The translations under genes and the position numbers were made by a program. From the NCBI GenBank assembly GCA_963806855.1, contig CAWDYW010000002.1, forward strand, positions 1 through 64,000: a DNA stretch of 64,000 nucleotides. Reading direction: 5' to 3'. The notes under the pieces are model-generated. The model searched no databases. It was not told the DNA's origin and was given only the letters and a program-made list of their open reading frames with translations. This document shows, piece by piece, positions 59,336 to 64,000 of this stretch. The DNA is from an uncultured Verrucomicrobiae bacterium. Lineage in GTDB: Bacteria > Chlamydiota > Chlamydiia > Chlamydiales > Rhabdochlamydiaceae. Each line of letters begins with the position of its first letter. The stretch's first letter is position 1.

Positions 59336-59467
59336 TTCCAAATGTCGTATCGACGATACGACAATTTGTTGCTCTGGGAAAACCTATGCAAATAGGATTG
59401 TTAAAAAGATTGACTTCACTTTGCCACTTGTGAAAAAATTGCGTGAATAAATTCAGGAGGATATCAA

Positions 59468-59792
59468 ATGCAAGGTGAAATCATTCAAAGGTTACAAAGT
59501 TGTTTCGATGCCTTAATACAAAGTGTACCCACCGAAGAAATAGAATTCTGGTTTGCAAGAGATCTCCAAGAACCTCTGGGGTATTTGCGTTGGGAGAACT
59601 TTCTGACTGCTATCCAGCGTGCTATAGAATCTTGTCAGACAACGGGTTATGACCCAAACGATCATTTTCGTGGCGTCACGAAAATGATCAACAGAGGATG
59701 TCATGAAGCTTGAGAGACGTGTGAAATCCGAGGAGAAAAAACTGGCCAAACAATCCGGCAAGTTGCCAAAATTAGAGAGCGGCAATACATGA
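59468..59792 (+). pseudogene. dinD: DNA-damage-inducible protein D with a large internal deletion
   Basis: N-terminus EFWFARDLQ..LGY..WENF...DHFRGVTKMI joined out of frame to C-terminal EDVMKLERRVKSEEKKL. Confidence 0.75.
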
Positions 59793-59820
59793 TTGAAAAT
59801 CTTCATATTAAGAAAAAGTT

Positions 59821-60255
59821 ATGAGACTTTTACATCCTCTCTTTATCGTTTTATTAGGTTTTTTAGCTACAAGCTCGCATGCTATTTCATATGATGAGGA
59901 ATGGTTATATAGGAGTGATGGTATGTCAGGTCATGTATTTGTTGTTTCTGAATGGTTACCTAAAGAAAATTGCGAAGAAGAATTATGGGTGTTTTTTAAA
60001 GATCTGATGGCTTTAACTAAAAAAAACGAGAGTGGTTGTATAAGAGCGCATGCCACTCGACAAATTCCTCATCCAGGTTCTCTAGGAAAATCAAAATACA
60101 AGATTGTACTTCTTCAGGAATATGTGGATATCAAGGCATTTGATATTCATTGTAATGCAGACTACGTAAAGAATGGGTTTAAGAAATATGTTGAGGACGA
60201 AGAAACTGCAATAGTTAAAGAATGGCGTTGTAGACTTTTTAGTGAAGATGAATAG
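59821..60255 (+). CDS. Antibiotic biosynthesis monooxygenase (ABM)-fold protein, copy 1 (alternative start 59923)
   Basis: ESGCI, IVLLQEY, AFDIHCNADY pattern; signal-like N-terminus; RBS aggag before 59923. Confidence 0.75.
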   Translation: MRLLHPLFIVLLGFLATSSHAISYDEEWLYRSDGMSGHVFVVSEWLPKENCEEELWVFFKDLMALTKKNESGCIRAHATRQIPHPGSLGKSKYKIVLLQEYVDIKAFDIHCNADYVKNGFKKYVEDEETAIVKEWRCRLFSEDE

Positions 60256-60272
60256 ATTATTCTGAGTAAAAA

Positions 60273-60294
60273 TGGGGCAACCTGGGATTGAACC
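60273..60294 (-). mobile_element. tRNA 3'-end fragment (T-arm/acceptor), candidate att scar
   Basis: Reverse complement ggttcaatcccaggttgcccca. Confidence 0.7.
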
Positions 60295-60397
60295 TAAGGC
60301 TATATAGGAGTGTTGGTATGTCAGTGTTCAAGTTCAGCCGCCTCGCTTTCAGGCGGACGTTGTTAATAATTTATCAAAAAGATAGGTTGAGATTAAT

Positions 60398-61495
60398 ATG
60401 AAAAAAACCGTTCTTATCGTTGGTGCAAGCGGAATTATCGGTAACGCAGCTGTGCACGAGTTTCTCAGCCATCCCGATTGGGATGTGATCGCTTTATCTA
60501 GGCGTAAGCCAGAAATTTTTAATAAAAATTCAAGAGCCTTTCAACATTTCTCTGTTGATCTGCAAGATCAACAAAGCTGTCAACAGGTGCTAACAAATTT
60601 GCCTGTGACTCATATCGTCTATGCTGCTCTCTATGAAAAACCGGGGCTTATTGCCGGATGGGGAAATCCTGAGCAAATGCAAATCAACTTAGATATGCTA
60701 CGGAATGTAGTTGAACCACTAACGCAAGGTTCCCATCGGCTGTTGCATATTAGCTTGCTTCAAGGAACGAAAGCATATGGTGTACATTTACACCCGATTT
60801 CAATCCCGGCCCGCGAAGAGGAAGCAAGAGACCCCCATGAAAATTTCTATTGGCTGCAAGAAGATTACATTCGCGAAAAAGCGGAGCAAGCTAGCTTTTA
60901 TTTTACGATTCTTCGCCCTCAATTAGTGGTGGGAGGATGCTATGGCGTTGCGATGAATTTAATCCCGGTTATCGGGATGTATGCTGCGATTTGTCGTGAA
61001 GATGGGCTTCCCTTTTCCTTTCCGGGGGGTGCATCCATGCTCTTCGAATTGGTCGATACCCGTTTGATCGCGCGCTTATTTGTTTGGGCAGGAATTGCGG
61101 CCAATGCAAGAAATGAGATTTTTAATGTTACAAATGGAGAAGTCGGTGAATGGAGGAACCTCTGGCCGGCTATTGCAAAGACTCTGAACATGCAAATAGG
61201 AGCAGATAAGCCCATCGAACTGAAGTCATTTTTACCTTCTAAGACAAATCTATGGGATCAAATCGTCAATAAATACCATCTGAGACCACTGAAGATGAAG
61301 GATCTTCTCGGAGAATCGCATCATTATGCCGATATCGTATTCGCTTATGGCATGCAAGGCCCGATTCCACCTGCTATTGTGAGCACAATCAAACTACGCC
61401 AAGCAGGATTTCAGGACTGTATCGATTCAAGAGAAACTTTGAAATATTGGCTAAATAATTTCATTGAAAGGAAGATTCTCCCGCCCACGTTATAA
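60398..61495 (+). CDS. SDR oxidoreductase, PRISE/progesterone 5-beta-reductase-like
   Basis: GASGIIG, LSRR, QGTKAYG, NFYWLQED, ILRP, FNVTNG, STIKLRQAGF. Confidence 0.88.
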   Translation: MKKTVLIVGASGIIGNAAVHEFLSHPDWDVIALSRRKPEIFNKNSRAFQHFSVDLQDQQSCQQVLTNLPVTHIVYAALYEKPGLIAGWGNPEQMQINLDMLRNVVEPLTQGSHRLLHISLLQGTKAYGVHLHPISIPAREEEARDPHENFYWLQEDYIREKAEQASFYFTILRPQLVVGGCYGVAMNLIPVIGMYAAICREDGLPFSFPGGASMLFELVDTRLIARLFVWAGIAANARNEIFNVTNGEVGEWRNLWPAIAKTLNMQIGADKPIELKSFLPSKTNLWDQIVNKYHLRPLKMKDLLGESHHYADIVFAYGMQGPIPPAIVSTIKLRQAGFQDCIDSRETLKYWLNNFIERKILPPTL

Positions 61496-61698
61496 TTTTC
61501 CCAGAGGCTGTGTAGTCTTTTGCAGCCATTTTTGTTCATCTGGTTTTAACGAAGATGCCAATTGTTGGTAAACATATTGATGACGGGGATTTGGCTTGTT
61601 TAGAATACAACAATCGATATGGGCAATGATCCTTTTTGCTCTGCCCAGACAAATTGATCCCTTGCTTCAAATGGCAGCCATTCAATTGCAACTTTTAG

Positions 61699-63127
61699 CT
61701 ATTTTATAAATCTGTTCCAGGAAGCATATCGTTCTACGATGACTCCTTTTGGTATCGAGGCAATAATCAATAAAACGGCACTGGCGATACCGCTAATCAA
61801 TATTGCTGTAGATCCCGATGAAAAGATAAGAGTCAGTATAAGCACTATCACCCCAGCAATTACATTAACAAAGCGTGCTGTTCGAGTTACTTCAGCTGTA
61901 GCAACCGCAGCTACAGTAACTATAATTGCTCCCATCCAATGATCGCAATTAGCGCTCTCGATATATAAAAGGCAAGATACTCGGTCGCGCCATTAACCAC
62001 ACGCCAACAATAGCCTGCACAATGATGAGCCAAGGCAACGAAATTCCCTGATACGCTTGCTGCCCAACGTTGTCTAATAGACCAACGTATACGATCTGGA
62101 TCTTTACCTTCATAACCAAGTACATTGCCGCCCAACCAAAAAAATTGCCAGAAGTTTTTCTTTTGTTTATAGGCCAGCACCAAAAATTGTCCTACCGCTA
62201 TAGACTCATGCACTGCTAAAGGCACAGAAATTAATAATGCGGCAGCAGAGATTAAACAAAATCCGCACCAGGCACCCACGACAACCGGCTGCATAATAAC
62301 TAATAATATACTTGTTGCACCTAAAGGTATAACAAGCAGAACAAACGTAACTACAATGAAAGGGGCAGTACGCCAGCGTGCACGACTACCCATAAAACCT
62401 ATCAGCACTTCCAACACATAAGCAACTGCACCAAAACCAGCATCAGATATGGGAAAAGATCTTGACAATGCAGAGCCTGTTACTTATCAGAGCCGTCGCC
62501 AAAAAATGGATCCCATACATGAGGTATATAACCTAGCTGATGAGCTGCTAAATATCGCGAGAGGAAGAAGCCAATCAGTGCTAGAGCAATGCCAAGCCAA
62601 CGCCTAATCCATGAGGAAGGATTATATGACCAGCCAGGAGGTTTGTCTGGTCCAGACAATTGAATACCAGCCCGCCCTGGCAATCCGGGGATGAGTACAG
62701 CAAATGCAATGAATAAGCAAGCCATTAATGTATCAACCAAATAAATAGCAGGGGTTGGCGACCAAAATATAAGTGGTGCAAGCAATAACCAAAACGCTAC
62801 AGCAACTGTACCCCACCTGAGCAATGCGAGTCGAGGAACAAATGCCATTATTTCTACAAGAATAACAATGACACCAGATATGATATCACTCTTCATTAAA
62901 GCCGCGCTCTTATAATTTAAAAGAAAAGGCTGGCTGATGAGCCATATCGCCAATATGCCATTAACCACATAGGTCCAAAGTGTTTTGTAGTTATGAAGCC
63001 TTATTTCTTCTAAAAACTGCTGTGCATCCTTGCCTATCGCTTCTCTAAAATTTTGAATTTCAATTTGTGTTTCTTGCCCTCTCATGCTGTCCTGCTTTGA
63101 TTTGTCGCTCGATTTCGCGAGCTTCAT
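61699..63127 (-). pseudogene. SPW-repeat / vitamin K epoxide reductase family membrane protein broken by several frameshifts
   Basis: PPGWSYNPSSW, SRYLAAHQLGY, WDPFFG, SRSFPISDAG, RWRTAP, WCGFC (CxxC) spread over three ORFs. Confidence 0.8.
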
Positions 63128-63303
63128 CGCACCCTAATGTATTTTTAATTTCAATTTGATATTTGTTCAAGTCGATTCTTGCTTATTCCTATGGATTTGT
63201 GCTAAGCGAGACAATTTCAAGGGACCATGAGCCGACGAATTTAATATTTGGTTTTTTTGCTACAAGCACGCATGCTTCATATGATGAAGATAGGAGTGTT
63301 TGT

Positions 63304-63636
63304 ATGTCAGGTCATGTGTTTGTTGTTTCTGAATGGTTACCCAAAGAAAATTGCGAGGAAGAATTATGGGTGTTTTTTAAAGATCTGATGGCTTTAACTA
63401 AAAAAAACGAAAGTGGTTGTATAAGAGCGCATGCCACTCGACAAATTCCTCATCCAGGTTCTCCAGGAAAATCAAAATACAAGATTGTGCTTCTTCAGGA
63501 ATATGTGGATATCAAGGCATTTGATATTCATTGTAATGCAGACTATGTAAAGAGTGGTTTTAAGAAATATGTTGAGGATGAAGAAACTGCAATAGTTAAA
63601 GAATGGCGTTGTAGACTTTTTAGTGAAGATGAATAG
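63304..63636 (+). CDS. ABM-fold protein, copy 2
   Basis: Near-identical to 59923-60255 (two amino-acid differences); RBS aggag. Confidence 0.75.
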   Translation: MSGHVFVVSEWLPKENCEEELWVFFKDLMALTKKNESGCIRAHATRQIPHPGSPGKSKYKIVLLQEYVDIKAFDIHCNADYVKSGFKKYVEDEETAIVKEWRCRLFSEDE

Positions 63637-63654
63637 ATTATTCTGAGTAAAAAA

Positions 63655-63698
63655 TGGGCAACCTGGGATTGAACCAGGGACCGACGGGTTATGAGTCC
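63655..63698 (-). mobile_element. 3' half of a tRNA with CAT anticodon (Ile2/Met type), candidate att site
   Basis: Reverse complement ggactCATaacccgtcggtccctggttcaatcccaggttgccca: anticodon loop, variable loop, T-arm, acceptor strand; no D-arm or 5' strand. Confidence 0.85.
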
Positions 63699-63813
63699 CA
63701 TTCTAAGTATTACTCTGAACGATAGAGATTAAACCAGAATGCGTTTTTCCTCTTAAGGAATTTGAGGTTGTATTCAGGTAGGTCCTCAAAAATTCTCTCA
63801 GATTCAGGTCATT

Positions 63814-63833
63814 TGCGGAAAATATGCGGAAAA
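63814..63833 (+). repeat. 9-bp direct repeat, candidate integrase arm-type sites
   Basis: tgcggaaaa at 63814 and 63825, about 115 bp from the tRNA fragment. Confidence 0.45.
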
Positions 63834-64000
63834 ATACTTTCTTTTCAAGCGATAGACTTTACTCCAATCAGCGAAATTTGATTGTGGAGTCTATTCCATT
63901 ATCATCGACAAATTTTTATTAAATCTTTTTTTTCTGTATTCGAGGTTTGCTTTTTCGGCTTTATCAAACAATTTGAGGAATTCTTCATTCTGTTCTTTTC

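Noticed and set aside
60325..60360. IS200/IS605-like end hairpin ccgcct-cgctttc-aggcgg
   Set aside because: A single short hairpin with no tnpA/tnpB or second end nearby; not enough support.
63655..63730. Intact tRNA-Met/Ile2 gene
   Set aside because: Similarity stops just past the anticodon loop; there is no D-arm or 5' acceptor strand, so it is a fragment.
1..64000. CRISPR array, rRNA, integron attC array, intact integrase or prophage
   Set aside because: No regularly spaced repeats, rRNA-like sequence, recombinase or phage structural genes were seen.
63850..64000. 3' end of a minus-strand gene entering from the right
   Set aside because: Too short and frame-ambiguous at an A run to assign a product.

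Overview
A 64-kb gene-dense bacterial accessory region, most likely from an environmental member of the Chlamydiae. This is inferred from four Cys-rich MOMP/Lpg1974-like porin genes, a Cys-rich autotransporter, effector-like ORFs and an operator resembling the chlamydial TrpR site. The left part holds bioB-bioF, ABC/MFS transporters, small regulator-plus-detox cassettes (TetR, LuxR, MarR, PadR) and many hydrolases and peptidases. The right part (about 47-64 kb) is punctuated by three 3' fragments of a tRNA(CAT) gene that look like att scars of stacked islands. It carries an IS256 remnant, an NCS1 permease/DUF917/hydantoinase operon, an argR-argH-argG-ABC cluster and a duplicated ABM-fold gene. 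Three unannotated signals stand out. (1) A TrpR-like operator and a 22-aa Trp-containing leader peptide precede a completely Trp-free 499-aa YopT-like protease/alpha-beta-hydrolase fusion and an M20 peptidase. (2) A 43-aa His-rich leader peptide precedes a strongly His-depleted four-gene operon. (3) A wHTH-DUF6314-like gene divergent from bioB shares an intergenic region with two copies of a palindromic motif. Several single-base frameshifts in otherwise intact genes suggest uncorrected sequencing indels. All family calls come from motif recognition by eye; no searches were run.
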